DNA of 52,978 bases from Myxococcota bacterium (GCA_040752415.1 JBFMGU010000041.1:1-52978), one strand, 5' to 3'. Positions 16,271-26,490 are shown, numbered from the stretch's first letter. The notes: generated by a model from the letters alone, not told the origin. Translations and numbers: made by a program.

Positions 16271-18550
16271 TCACTTGCCCATGACAAACCGCAGCTTGCC
16301 GCCGGCGCGCAGCTCCGCGTGACGGAACTCATTCCCGTTCAGCGCCTGGCCGTTCAGCTCCACCGACTGCACCACGATGTTCTCGTCGCTGAGGCCCGCC
16401 GCCTCGACGGTGAACACGCCGCCATCCACCGCGAGCTCGACCTTGGGGAAGAGCGGCGTGCCCAGGATGTACCGGTCGCTGCCGGGGAGCGGGTAGAACC
16501 CCAGCGCGCTGAAGACGTACCAGGCGCCCAGCGTTCCTCCGTCGTCATTGCCGTAGAGGCCGGTGGGCCCGTCGTGGTGGAACGTGGTGCGGACCCAGTG
16601 GATCCACTTCGCGGCCAGGTCACGACGTCCCAGCTGGGAGAAGAGATACGCCGCGTGGATGTCCGGCTCGTTGCCGTGGAAGTAGTAGGGCCGCGGTCCG
16701 GCGGAGGAGAGCAGGTTCTCGGGATCCAGCGCCTCATGGTCCGCCTTCGCCCTCTCGAAGAACTCCACGAGCTTGGCCACCAACGCCTCGGAGCCACCCA
16801 TGAGCTCCGCCAACCCGTCGACGTCATGCGCGGCCATCCACACGCTCTGCCACGCGTTCGCCTCGGCGTAGTCGTCGTCCCAGATCGCGGGGTCGAAATC
16901 CTCGCGCGGCGCCAGGCTGCCCTCCGCGGTGTGCGCGCGCAGGAATCCCGTCGTGGAATCATGGAGGCGGCGATATCCGCGGGAGCGGGTGAGCAGCGCA
17001 TCCGCGTCGGCCTCCCGTCCCAGGGCGCGCGCCAGTTGCGCCAACGCGAAATCCGCGTGGGCATACTCCGTCGTCAGCGAGACGGAGGGACGCTCGTCTT
17101 CCGGGACGAAGCCCAGCTGCATGTACCGCTCCACGTGGTTGCGACCACCCCGTCCGCCCGTCGGCATCTCCGAGTCCATGGCCGCGGCGCGCATGCGCGC
17201 ATAGACATCCTGCACGTCAAACCCGGTCACGCCCTTCACGTACGCGTCGGCGACGACGATCTCCGCGCTGGCGCCAATCATGGTTCCCGCCTCTCCGGTG
17301 GCAATGGGCCACTTGGGGAAGAAACCGGACTGCTTCGCCATCTCGTGGAGGGACCGCACCACGTCGAGCGCCTTCTCTGGCGTGAGGAGTGAATAGAGCG
17401 GATTGAGGGTGCGGTAGGTGTCCCACAGGGAGAGGTCGGTGACGAAGTTGAATCCGTCGGAGGCGTGGTCCTGTCCGTCGTGGCCGCGGTACAGGCCCGT
17501 CACGTCCTCGAGGATGGAGGGCATCATGAAAGCGTGGTGAAGGTTGGAATAGAACGTCCTGCGTTGCGCTTCTGTTCCGCCAAAGACCCGCGCGCGCGAC
17601 AACAGCGCGTCCCACTGGCCGCGCGTGGCGGCACGCGTTCCGTCGAAGTCCCACGCCGGGAGCTCACCCTCCAGGTTGGCGCGCGCGCCCTCGGCGGAGA
17701 CGAAGGAGAGCCCCACCTGCAGCTCCACCGGCGCGACGACAGCACCGTCCCAGGTGAGCGCCACGCCGATCCCGCGCCCGCTCATCTGCGTGACGTCGGA
17801 AGGAGCCACGCCCTCCCGCCACATGAGCTGTGAGCCCCAGGCCTGGCGCGTCCGCATCTCGAAGAACACGTCATAACCACCAAACCCATTCGACATGTTT
17901 CCGACGTGGTGAACCCGACCCCGAATGCGCTGCTCCCCGGGGAGCACGGTCAGCTCCGATCCGGTCACCTCCCCGCCGGGGAGCGTGCGCCCCAGGTCGA
18001 TGACCAGCACCGGAGTCTGCGCCGTCGCCGGGAAGGTGATGCGGTGGTGGGCCGTGCGCGTGGTTGCCGTCAGCTCCACGTGGATGTCCACCTCCTCAAG
18101 CTTCACCGCGTAATAGCCCGGCTCCGCCACCTCGGTGTCCTTGAGGAACGGGCGTTCCACGTCGTCGACAGTGGGCGCCGCGGTGTCCACCGGCGTGGTG
18201 GTGGGCATGACGGAGATGATGCCGTAGTCGGTGGCGCCGGTGCCGTGCAGGTGCAGGTGTGAGAAGCCCAGGATGGTGTCGTCGCCGTCCCAGTAGCCGG
18301 AGTAATGCAGGAAGTTGATGGTGCCGTAGGGGCCCTTGGTGTCCGGCCCCACCTTGGCCATGCCGTTGGGTGCGCACGCGCCGGGAAACGCGCTGCCAAA
18401 GTTGTAGCCAAAGCCACCGGTTCCCATGCGCGGGTTGGCGTAGCGCACGGGCTCGACGACGGGTTGGGGTTCTTCAGGTGGAGGCGGAGGTGCGGGGCGG
18501 GGACATGCCACCAGCAACGCCCACGTCGGCAGGAGGAGGAAGCGGCGCAT
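16271..18550 (-). CDS. GH92 family alpha-mannosidase-like glycoside hydrolase, lipoprotein
   Basis: LLVA-C lipobox; FPGACAPNGM, GFSHLHLHGTG, SLWDTYR, EANAWQ, HGNEP, GNDDGG. Confidence 0.95.
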   Translation of the reverse strand: MRRFLLLPTWALLVACPRPAPPPPPEEPQPVVEPVRYANPRMGTGGFGYNFGSAFPGACAPNGMAKVGPDTKGPYGTINFLHYSGYWDGDDTILGFSHLHLHGTGATDYGIISVMPTTTPVDTAAPTVDDVERPFLKDTEVAEPGYYAVKLEEVDIHVELTATTRTAHHRITFPATAQTPVLVIDLGRTLPGGEVTGSELTVLPGEQRIRGRVHHVGNMSNGFGGYDVFFEMRTRQAWGSQLMWREGVAPSDVTQMSGRGIGVALTWDGAVVAPVELQVGLSFVSAEGARANLEGELPAWDFDGTRAATRGQWDALLSRARVFGGTEAQRRTFYSNLHHAFMMPSILEDVTGLYRGHDGQDHASDGFNFVTDLSLWDTYRTLNPLYSLLTPEKALDVVRSLHEMAKQSGFFPKWPIATGEAGTMIGASAEIVVADAYVKGVTGFDVQDVYARMRAAAMDSEMPTGGRGGRNHVERYMQLGFVPEDERPSVSLTTEYAHADFALAQLARALGREADADALLTRSRGYRRLHDSTTGFLRAHTAEGSLAPREDFDPAIWDDDYAEANAWQSVWMAAHDVDGLAELMGGSEALVAKLVEFFERAKADHEALDPENLLSSAGPRPYYFHGNEPDIHAAYLFSQLGRRDLAAKWIHWVRTTFHHDGPTGLYGNDDGGTLGAWYVFSALGFYPLPGSDRYILGTPLFPKVELAVDGGVFTVEAAGLSDENIVVQSVELNGQALNGNEFRHAELRAGGKLRFVMGK

Positions 18551-18593
18551 CAGCCGACATCCCACCACGACGAATGGACCTCGTCAAAACGCC

Positions 18594-19415
18594 TCAGTGG
18601 ACCATCTCCGGAGCGCGCACCGGCACGGGCTTCGCCGTCGGACGAGGCGGTGGAACCGGCGCGGCCACCATCATGGGTGGACCCTTCTGGTCGTCGGGGA
18701 GCGCCTCACGCATGCGTGCGTGCACCTCGGCAATGTGCAGGTCCAGTGTCTCCAGGCGCCAGTGCTCGGTGCGGATGGCGGGCAGGACCTCCACGCCAAT
18801 CTCCGTGCCCTGGATCATCAGCGAGTTCTTGCGCCACCCCTTGTGCGCGCCCTTCACCACGACGGGAACAATGGGCAGGCGCGTGGCCAGCGCCAGGTGC
18901 GCAAAGCCCTTCTTGAGCGGCTGCAGCTTCCCGTCGCGGGAGCGGGTGCCCTCCGCCCAGATCCACATCCCCAATCCGTACTTCTTCACCAGCGCCGCGG
19001 TGCGCTTCATGCCCGCCACGGCGCTCTCCTTGTTGCCGCGGTCAACGCGCAGGTGACCGCTGATGGCGTAGAGCTGACCGAAGAACGGGTAGTAGACAAT
19101 CTCCTTCTTGGCGACGCCGCAGGTGTAGAGCGGGCACAACCAGATGGCCACCCACACGTCGATGATGGAGGTGTGGTTGGAGACGTAGATGGCGGGATGG
19201 GCGGCCTGCATCCTCGCCTTGGCGTCGGAGGCCACGCGCGCGCCGGCGAGCCAGAGACAGAAGCGTCCGGTGATGTGGCCAAACACGTTGCAGGTGGCAA
19301 TGCGCAGCCGCCGGCTCGGCAACAGCACCAGGCACACGACGAAGAACACCGCCACGGCCAGGGCCATGTACGTCAGCCCGACGACAATCCGGATGGCACT
19401 GATGACAACGGACAT
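18594..19415 (-). CDS. 1-acyl-sn-glycerol-3-phosphate acyltransferase (PlsC family)
   Basis: NHTSIID, AKKE, VDRG, AEGTRS, PIVPV. Confidence 0.92.
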   Translation of the reverse strand: MSVVISAIRIVVGLTYMALAVAVFFVVCLVLLPSRRLRIATCNVFGHITGRFCLWLAGARVASDAKARMQAAHPAIYVSNHTSIIDVWVAIWLCPLYTCGVAKKEIVYYPFFGQLYAISGHLRVDRGNKESAVAGMKRTAALVKKYGLGMWIWAEGTRSRDGKLQPLKKGFAHLALATRLPIVPVVVKGAHKGWRKNSLMIQGTEIGVEVLPAIRTEHWRLETLDLHIAEVHARMREALPDDQKGPPMMVAAPVPPPRPTAKPVPVRAPEMVH

Positions 19416-19591
19416 GCGAGACAGCTCCGCGCGTATGCGCCCCTGGGGGATGAGCCGCACCGCGCGACCCGCAGGAGTGCGGATGGCAGCAAATGCAGGC
19501 CCGGCGCGTCAAGACGCGGTGCGGCGTTTCCGGGCCGTGATGCGTGTGTGGTGTATAAGCCGTTACGCAGCAGCCACCCGAGGAGCAGCAC

Positions 19592-20833
19592 CTGTCCGCC
19601 ACCGCCCCTGCCCCCGTCGAGCGCTTCACGCCGTACCAGCTGCGCCTGTTCATCTTCCTGAGCGTGGCCACGTTCTTCGAGGGTTATGACTTCTACGCGC
19701 TGACCCAGATCCTGCCGAACCTCCGCGCGGACATGGACCTCTCGCGCGCGGGCGCCGGGCGGCTGGTGGCGTTCATCAACTTCGGCACCATGCTGGCGTA
19801 CCTGCTCATCGGCCGCGCGGACCGCTGGGGTCGACGACGGGTGCTGATGATCACCATCACCGGCTACACCGTCTTCACCGTGCTCAGCGGGCTGGCGCCC
19901 GAGGTCTATTCGTTCGCCACCTTCCAGCTGCTGGCCCGACTGTTCCTGATTGCGGAGTGGGCCACCAGCATGGTGTACGCCGCCGAGGAGTTCCCCGCTT
20001 CCCGACGTGGCACGGTGATTGGCGTCATCCAGGCGTTCTCCAGCCTGGGCTCGATTGTCTGTGCCGCGGTGGTGCCGCTGCTGCTCATGACGCCCTGGGG
20101 CTGGCGCACGGCGTATCTCGTCGGTGGGATTCCCCTGGTGGCGTTGGCGGTGGCGCGGCGCAGCCTCAAGGAGACGCAGAGGTTTGCGCACGTGTCAGCG
20201 GGGGTCGCGCCGCGCTCGTCGTGGGAGATCCTGCGCGGACCGTACCGTCGACGGGTCTGGCAGGTGGGAGCCATCTGGTTCCTGACCTACGTCTGCACGC
20301 AGAACGCCGTCACGTTCTGGAAGGAATTCGCGGTGGGCGAGCGCGGCCTCACCGACGCGCAGGTGGGCCTGGCCATCACCATTGCCGCGGTGGGGGCCAT
20401 GCCGCTGGTGTTCCTCTCGGGCCGGATCCTCGACGTGGTGGGCCGCAAGAAGGGCGCGCTCATCATCTACGGCGCGGGCGCCATTGGCACGTTTGGCTGC
20501 TACAGCCTGCACAACGTGTGGGCCCTCACCGCCAGCCTGGTGTTCGGCATCTTCGCCGTGAGCGGCACGCTGCCGGTCCTCAACGCCTTCACCACGGAGC
20601 TCTTCCCCACGCACCTGCGCGGCGACGCGTTTGCGTGGTGCAACAACCTCATTGGCCGGCTGGGCTACGTGCTGAGCCCGCTCGCCGTGGGACTGGCGGC
20701 GGAAGAGGTGGGTTGGGGTCGGGCGGTGAGCGCCACGGCGATCTTCCCGGTGATTGCGCTGGTGCTGATCTTCGCGTGGCTCCCGGAGACCATGTCCCGT
20801 GACCTCGAGGACACCTCCCGCCTCTCCGCGTGA
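19592..20833 (+). CDS. MFS transporter (sugar porter/aromatic-acid-like); proposed CTG start, first canonical start at 19664
   Basis: FFEGYD in TM1, ADRWGRR, AEEFPASRRG, LDVVGRK, ELFPTHLRG, LPET. Confidence 0.9.
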   Translation: MSATAPAPVERFTPYQLRLFIFLSVATFFEGYDFYALTQILPNLRADMDLSRAGAGRLVAFINFGTMLAYLLIGRADRWGRRRVLMITITGYTVFTVLSGLAPEVYSFATFQLLARLFLIAEWATSMVYAAEEFPASRRGTVIGVIQAFSSLGSIVCAAVVPLLLMTPWGWRTAYLVGGIPLVALAVARRSLKETQRFAHVSAGVAPRSSWEILRGPYRRRVWQVGAIWFLTYVCTQNAVTFWKEFAVGERGLTDAQVGLAITIAAVGAMPLVFLSGRILDVVGRKKGALIIYGAGAIGTFGCYSLHNVWALTASLVFGIFAVSGTLPVLNAFTTELFPTHLRGDAFAWCNNLIGRLGYVLSPLAVGLAAEEVGWGRAVSATAIFPVIALVLIFAWLPETMSRDLEDTSRLSA

Positions 20834-20867
20834 GATGCTTGCGCCTCACGTCGTGGACGTGCCCCTC

Positions 20868-22088
20868 TCAGAGAAACCGGTCCGGCGTGTTGCCCAGCTC
20901 CCACCAGAACAGGAACGCCAAAGAGCCCACGCCCTTCTTGCGGATGACGTCGGGTGAGCCGCCCACGCGGAACCGCAGGAAGCCCAGCCTGCCCATGCCA
21001 ATCCGACTCTCCGCGGTGACGCCGCGCTTGAAGTCATACCGGTCCAGGTCACCCTCACGACGAGGATCATTGAGCACCACGCCGTGGGCGGAGAATCCCG
21101 CGTACAGGAAGGGCGTGGCCAGGATTCCCAGCTCACCGTGGACGGCACCGAAACGCTCCGACCAGTACTCGCCCCACGCGGCGCCGGGCAGATTGACGGA
21201 GAAGGGATTCATGCCGCCAATGCGCGTGCGGGTGACGTCGTCCTCGTCCAGGCCGTAGCCCACCTCGCTCTGCAGCGTCAGCCAGAGGCGACCGGGGAGC
21301 GGCGTTCCAAACGTGCCCCGCGCATTCACCCGTCGCGGCAGGCGGTGATCACCACCCTGGTTGCGCGGGTCCGGCGGCTCTCCCTTGACGTGTCCCCAGG
21401 ACCGGCTTCCCAGGCGCACGTCGGCGCCCAGCTCCACCACGGCGCCCAGCCCGCGCGGCAGTCCCAGGTTGCGCTGCTCATACTGGATGTCCACCAGCTT
21501 GAGTCGGAACCGCGGCTCCAACGCGCTGAAGTTCGCCGGGAGGGCGAAGCCGCGAGCGGTGCGCAGCCCGTTGTGGAAGAACCACTGACGTCCGCTCAGC
21601 TCCACCTCGGCGCTCAGCGGCCCCATGATCTTGTAGGCCGTCCGCGCGCCCGCCAGGCCGTAGTAGCCAATGAAGCCGCGCTCACGGAGGTTGTCCCCGT
21701 TCTTCATGTGGTGGACGAACAGGCCGGTGAGCATCCACTCGCCGCGGACAAACACCGTCGTCGACAACCCGGTGCCCACAAGCTCGTTGGCGCGGAGGAA
21801 GATGCCCATCTTGTACGTGTTGAAGTCCAGCCAGAGTGAAAGCGGCCGGCCCAGGATTCCGTTCCGTCGGTAGAAGATGCGGCCAATGCCCTGCGTGGTG
21901 GGACTGCGGATGATGCTGTCAAACGCGCGCTCCCGCGGATTGGTGACGTCGGGGAACGTGTTCAGACCGGTGCCCCAGAGCCCCACGTCAAAACCGCGAC
22001 CGACGACAAACTCGTTGGTGGCGGTTCGCGCCTCCGCGGAGATCAGCAGCAGCGTCACCAACGCCAACATCCGAACCGCTCTGTGCAT
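20868..22088 (-). CDS. Secreted/outer-membrane hypothetical protein, probable beta-barrel
   Basis: Signal peptide MHRAVRMLALVTLLLISAEA; alternating amphipathic strands, aromatic-rich. Confidence 0.65.
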   Translation of the reverse strand: MHRAVRMLALVTLLLISAEARTATNEFVVGRGFDVGLWGTGLNTFPDVTNPRERAFDSIIRSPTTQGIGRIFYRRNGILGRPLSLWLDFNTYKMGIFLRANELVGTGLSTTVFVRGEWMLTGLFVHHMKNGDNLRERGFIGYYGLAGARTAYKIMGPLSAEVELSGRQWFFHNGLRTARGFALPANFSALEPRFRLKLVDIQYEQRNLGLPRGLGAVVELGADVRLGSRSWGHVKGEPPDPRNQGGDHRLPRRVNARGTFGTPLPGRLWLTLQSEVGYGLDEDDVTRTRIGGMNPFSVNLPGAAWGEYWSERFGAVHGELGILATPFLYAGFSAHGVVLNDPRREGDLDRYDFKRGVTAESRIGMGRLGFLRFRVGGSPDVIRKKGVGSLAFLFWWELGNTPDRFL

Positions 22089-22120
22089 GCGGGCACCTCA
22101 CCCCAGAGCAAGCCAATTCT

Positions 22121-22139
22121 GATAATGAAAGTCAATTTC
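22121..22139. promoter_or_regulatory. Fur-box-like operator
   Basis: GATAATGAAAGTCAATTTC matches GATAATGATAATCATTATC at 15/19. It lies in an AT-rich island about 33 bp upstream of the 22088 start. Confidence 0.7.
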
Positions 22140-22171
22140 AAAATATCGTCCCGGGTTCCCACCGGTCCCGT

Positions 22172-24457
22172 TCAACGCGACGGGCTTCCCTCCAGCCACA
22201 CGTCCTGGCCGTAGGCCTCCTCGAGGATCACCGACGGCGTGGTGTCTTCCGGATGCCGCTTCGCGCGTTCCACGTCGATCCCCAGACCGTGTCCTTCCCC
22301 GCGGCCCGAGAAGACGAACTCGCTCCCCTTCCGCGACACCTTCTCCGGGCACGACGGCAACATGAGCGCCCCCCGCAGCGACTCACACGACCAGCGCGCC
22401 GGTTCCTCGAACCACGTGCCGTCGGGTGCGGCGCTGGTCCGCGTGAGCAGCACCACGTCACCCTCGCGCTGCATGGACCCCACCGGCGTGCCCAGGCGCT
22501 TCGCCACGTCGTCGACCGACAGCGCGCGTTCCCACGGCTCATCACCGCCCTTGGCAAAGTGGAGCCAGTCGCGCTTGCTGCGCAGCTTCGCGCTCAGTGC
22601 GTGCAGCGCGGCGGCTTCCAGCGCGTCGTCCCGACGTGACGGCGTGCCCTGGAACACCTGGCAGTGCGTGGTGTCGCAGACCGGCCGCCCGTCGTGACGA
22701 CTGTGGGCCTGGTTGAAATCCACCACCATGAGCAACGCGTCCCGCACACCGCCACGTGCCTGCGCATCCTCCGACGCCAACACGCCCTGCGCGTAGCGCA
22801 ACCTCGTCGTGCGGAAGACCACGTTGGAGCCGCGGCGGGCACGCTCCGCGCGGGTCTGCGCCGGTGATGACGGCGGTAGTGGCTCCCCTTCCATGACGCC
22901 GGCGTACACGCGCGGGCCGTCCAGCCCGGGAAAACGCACCAGGAGCGGCGCGGAGAGACACATCAGCCGCGCGCGTTCCCGCGCCAGCGTGGCCAACGAA
23001 GCAAAGGACGTGGACAGCAGCGAGAACCGCTCCCCGACGACACGCAGCCCCGCACCGCGCGCACACCGCACCTCCACGCTGGCCAGCGGCATGAGGCCGA
23101 AGGCCTGCACCCGCGCCGCCTGCGCCGCCGCCAGCACCCCCGGGCCCGGCCAGCGACGTCGCAGCTCGTCGAGCGCCTGACGCGGCGCGCGGCCCGGAGC
23201 CACCTGGACCACGACGAGATCTTCGGAGATGGCCACGAGCCAGCCCAGCGCGGGGCGCATCTCCAGGTCGCGCACGGTGCCGGTCTTGAGGGCAAGGCCC
23301 GTGGTCACCGCCCAGCTCGACTCGGGAAGTCCCGCGAGTGTGCCGTCGATCGGAACGCTTCTCAGCGCCTCAATGACGTCGGGCGCCACCTCCGCCAGCA
23401 CACGATAGGCCCGCGCCAATCCCAACGGCGGAATGCGCACCGCGTGGGTCAATCCAATGGCATCCTGCGCGTGCCTGGGCTCTCCCTCCATGCCCGCGGC
23501 GCGCAACAGCGGTGTCCAGGCGCCAAACATCGCGTCATTCGTCGACGCCGACACCGTCTCCAGGAAGTACTCGTTGCAGGACAGCTGGAGCGCGCGTTGC
23601 CAGCCCAGCCGGGTTCCCGTCGCGGCGCCGCACGACCAGGGTTGTCCGTCGCGGGCCTGCACCACCACCTCGGGAAGCCGGGAAGGGCGACTGGCGACGA
23701 GGAGCGGCTTCAGTGTCGACCCCGGCGACAGTGGCTCGTCGATGGCGCCGCGGCTCTCCAACACCTCCCCGCTGTGGCGGCTGAGCACCACCCACACGTC
23801 GTCATCCGGTTGCGGCGTGGCGGGCACCAGCTCCTCCGGCGTGAGCTTGTGCAGCCTTCCTCCGGAGCCGCAGGACTCCAGTCGCGCACGCACCACGGGA
23901 TGGAAACCGTCTGGCCCCACGTGCTCCAGCAGACGAGCCAGCGCGCGCCGGCCCTCAGTGGTTCGCGCCCCGGGGTCCCGACGCAGGATGGACACGGCTT
24001 TGGCGTCGGAGCGGTAGACGTCGTCGGCAATCCAGGATTCCAGCTCGCCGCTCACGCTCATCGCAAAGGCTTCGTGCAGCAGGGGATCGTCAACGGCGAA
24101 AGCGCAGGTGGACCAGAGGAACTGGTGCGCCACCTCGTGACGCAGCGCCATGCGCGACATCGCGTCGAGAGAGGAGGACACGCGGACTTCCATGGTCCCC
24201 GGTCGACTGCGCCCCGCGTGCCCCGCGTGCAACTGCTTCCCCGAGCGGATGACGACGACAAAGTCGGAACCCGGGGTCAGGCGGGGGAGTCGACGCGCAA
24301 GCTCCTGCCACATCTCTTCCGCCACCTGCCGGACCGCCACACTCACCTCGGCTGGGACCGACGCATCCACGCGAAACGTTGCGCTGCCCGCGCGCACCGA
24401 CGAGGCCAACACCAGCACGCAGAGGGCAGACAGCACGCGCGACATGAACACTCCCAT
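22172..24457 (-). CDS. YfaQ-like multidomain protein: HExxH domain, PBP-type domain and SpoIID/LytB domain
   Basis: Signal peptide; RHEVAH; GSTLK, SCN, KTGT; YAQGVLASE, CDTTHCQVFQG, GRGEGHGLG. Lies in the alpha-2-macroglobulin locus. Confidence 0.8.
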   Translation of the reverse strand: MGVFMSRVLSALCVLVLASSVRAGSATFRVDASVPAEVSVAVRQVAEEMWQELARRLPRLTPGSDFVVVIRSGKQLHAGHAGRSRPGTMEVRVSSSLDAMSRMALRHEVAHQFLWSTCAFAVDDPLLHEAFAMSVSGELESWIADDVYRSDAKAVSILRRDPGARTTEGRRALARLLEHVGPDGFHPVVRARLESCGSGGRLHKLTPEELVPATPQPDDDVWVVLSRHSGEVLESRGAIDEPLSPGSTLKPLLVASRPSRLPEVVVQARDGQPWSCGAATGTRLGWQRALQLSCNEYFLETVSASTNDAMFGAWTPLLRAAGMEGEPRHAQDAIGLTHAVRIPPLGLARAYRVLAEVAPDVIEALRSVPIDGTLAGLPESSWAVTTGLALKTGTVRDLEMRPALGWLVAISEDLVVVQVAPGRAPRQALDELRRRWPGPGVLAAAQAARVQAFGLMPLASVEVRCARGAGLRVVGERFSLLSTSFASLATLARERARLMCLSAPLLVRFPGLDGPRVYAGVMEGEPLPPSSPAQTRAERARRGSNVVFRTTRLRYAQGVLASEDAQARGGVRDALLMVVDFNQAHSRHDGRPVCDTTHCQVFQGTPSRRDDALEAAALHALSAKLRSKRDWLHFAKGGDEPWERALSVDDVAKRLGTPVGSMQREGDVVLLTRTSAAPDGTWFEEPARWSCESLRGALMLPSCPEKVSRKGSEFVFSGRGEGHGLGIDVERAKRHPEDTTPSVILEEAYGQDVWLEGSPSR

Positions 24458-24584
24458 CCTAGAACACGGACACGAAGCTCGGGGTTCCGGGAGGCACGCG
24501 AAGCGGCGCGAACGCGAAAAAACGTCGCCACCATCGGACGCGAGCCCGGTTGGGCGGGACGCGGTGCCCTGCTAGGTTGCGGCC

Positions 24585-26246
24585 ATGGCCTTCTTCCAAG
24601 ACCCTCCCCGACTCGGCAACCAGTATGACGACGACGTCTTCCTCCAGGAGTACCTGGCGCGCACGCTTCCGCCCGGAATGCTCGACGGCATCCGCGGTGA
24701 GCTGCGTGACCTGGGTGAGCTGGGCGGCGACCATTTCTACAAGCTGCAGCTCAAGGATCGCCTCAACGAGCCGGAGCTGACGTCGTGGGACCCATGGGGC
24801 AACCGCATCGACCACATCGAGCTCACGCCGCTGTGGAAAGAGGCGGAGCGGCTCGCGGCGGAGCGCGGCTTCGTCGCCATTGGGTATGAGCGCAAGCACG
24901 GCAGGCACTCGCGCGTCGTGCAGTTCGCCACGAACTACGTCGTGCAGCCCTCGCTGGACATCTACTCCTGTCCGCTGGCGATGACGGACGGCGCGGCCCG
25001 CACGTTGCTGGACATGGGCAACAAGCAGCTCATCGACCGGGCCATTCCGCGTCTCACCAGCCGCGACCCGAAGACGTTCTGGACCAGCGGCCAGTGGATG
25101 ACCGAGCGCACCGGCGGCTCCGACGTGGGCTTGAGCGAGACGGTGGCCAAGCAGACTCCCGAAGGCTGGCGGCTCTACGGCACCAAGTGGTTCACCTCCG
25201 CCACCACGTCGCAGATGGCGCTGACGTTGGGTCGTCCCGAGGGCTCGGGCCCGGGCGGCAAGGGGCTGGCCCTGTTCTACGTGGAGGTCCGCGACGCGCA
25301 GGGCCGGATGAATGGCATCCAGATCAACCGGCTCAAGGACAAGCTGGGCACGCGCAAGGTTCCCACCGCGGAGCTCACCCTCGACGGCGCACTGGCCATC
25401 CCCGTGGCCGGCCTCTCCGACGGGGTGCGCAACATCTCGTCCATGCTGAACATCACGCGCACGTGGAATGCCATGGGCGCCACGTGGGGGATGCGTCGCG
25501 CGCTGGCGCTGGCCAAGGACTATGCCAAGCGAAGGGCCCAGTTCGGCGCGCTGCTCAGCGAGAAGCCGCTGCACGTCGACACGCTGGCGGGCCTGGAGGC
25601 GGAGTTTGAGGGTGGATTCCTGATGGCGTTCCGCGCCGCGGAGGTGCTCGGCGAGATCGAGAACGGCGACGCCACCGACGAGAAGAAGGCCCTGCTGCGC
25701 ATCCTCACCCCGCTCACCAAGCTCACCACGGGCAAGCAGGTGGTGGCGGTGACCAGCGAGGTGCTGGAGTGCTTTGGTGGCGCGGGTTACGTCGAGGACA
25801 CGGGGCTGCCCGCGTTGCTGCGCGACTCCCAGGTCCTCTCGATCTGGGAGGGCACCACCAACGTCCTCTCCCTCGACGCGCTGCGCGCCATGGCGAAGGA
25901 AGGCTCCCTGGACGCACTGAAGCACGAGGTGGAGACGCGCCTGGCGCAGGTCAAGGATGGGTCGCTCACGGGTCCGGTGGGTGCGGCGCGCGCGGCCATG
26001 GCGCATGCGTCGGAGTGGGTGATGAAGGCCATGAGCAACCCCGCGCAGGTGGAGGCGGGCGCTCGTCGGTTGGCGTTGACGCTGGGTCGCTCGCTGGAGC
26101 TGGCGCTGTTGTGCGCGCATGCGCAGTGGTGCCTGGACAACGGCAAGGGTCCGCGTGCCGCGGCGGCCGCGCGTCGTCTCACCCGTCATGGCGTGGACCT
26201 GATCCTCGACGTGGACGCCGACGACTCGCGCACGCTGGCTTCCTGA
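24585..26246 (+). CDS. Acyl-CoA dehydrogenase (AidB/ACAD11-like)
   Basis: CPLAMTDGA, GQWMTERTGGSDV, GTKWFTS, RLKDKLGT, IWEGTTNV. Confidence 0.95.
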   Translation: MAFFQDPPRLGNQYDDDVFLQEYLARTLPPGMLDGIRGELRDLGELGGDHFYKLQLKDRLNEPELTSWDPWGNRIDHIELTPLWKEAERLAAERGFVAIGYERKHGRHSRVVQFATNYVVQPSLDIYSCPLAMTDGAARTLLDMGNKQLIDRAIPRLTSRDPKTFWTSGQWMTERTGGSDVGLSETVAKQTPEGWRLYGTKWFTSATTSQMALTLGRPEGSGPGGKGLALFYVEVRDAQGRMNGIQINRLKDKLGTRKVPTAELTLDGALAIPVAGLSDGVRNISSMLNITRTWNAMGATWGMRRALALAKDYAKRRAQFGALLSEKPLHVDTLAGLEAEFEGGFLMAFRAAEVLGEIENGDATDEKKALLRILTPLTKLTTGKQVVAVTSEVLECFGGAGYVEDTGLPALLRDSQVLSIWEGTTNVLSLDALRAMAKEGSLDALKHEVETRLAQVKDGSLTGPVGAARAAMAHASEWVMKAMSNPAQVEAGARRLALTLGRSLELALLCAHAQWCLDNGKGPRAAAAARRLTRHGVDLILDVDADDSRTLAS

Positions 26247-26265
26247 GCCTTCGGATCTGATGGGC

Positions 26266-26490
26266 TCACGAAGTGGACGAGCGGGGACCGTCCTGGAGTG
26301 CGGTGCGACCGCGCTCAACCGGGCGACGACGTGATGCACCGCGCTGGATCCGTCCACCCCGTGGGCTGGGGTTCCACAGCGGATGGGCCGTTGGCGCGTC
26401 TGCCTGATCCAGGGCGGTGCTGTACCGCTGTCGTCACGTCGACCGGTGGGCACCGCACTCCAGGGCGGTCCCCGCTCGTCCGCTTCGTGA
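26266..26490. repeat. REPIN-like element with 41-bp inverted arms between convergent genes
   Basis: 26266-26306 and the reverse complement of 26450-26490 match at 39/41. Arms end in CTGGAGTGCGGTGC followed by a small hairpin. Confidence 0.8.
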
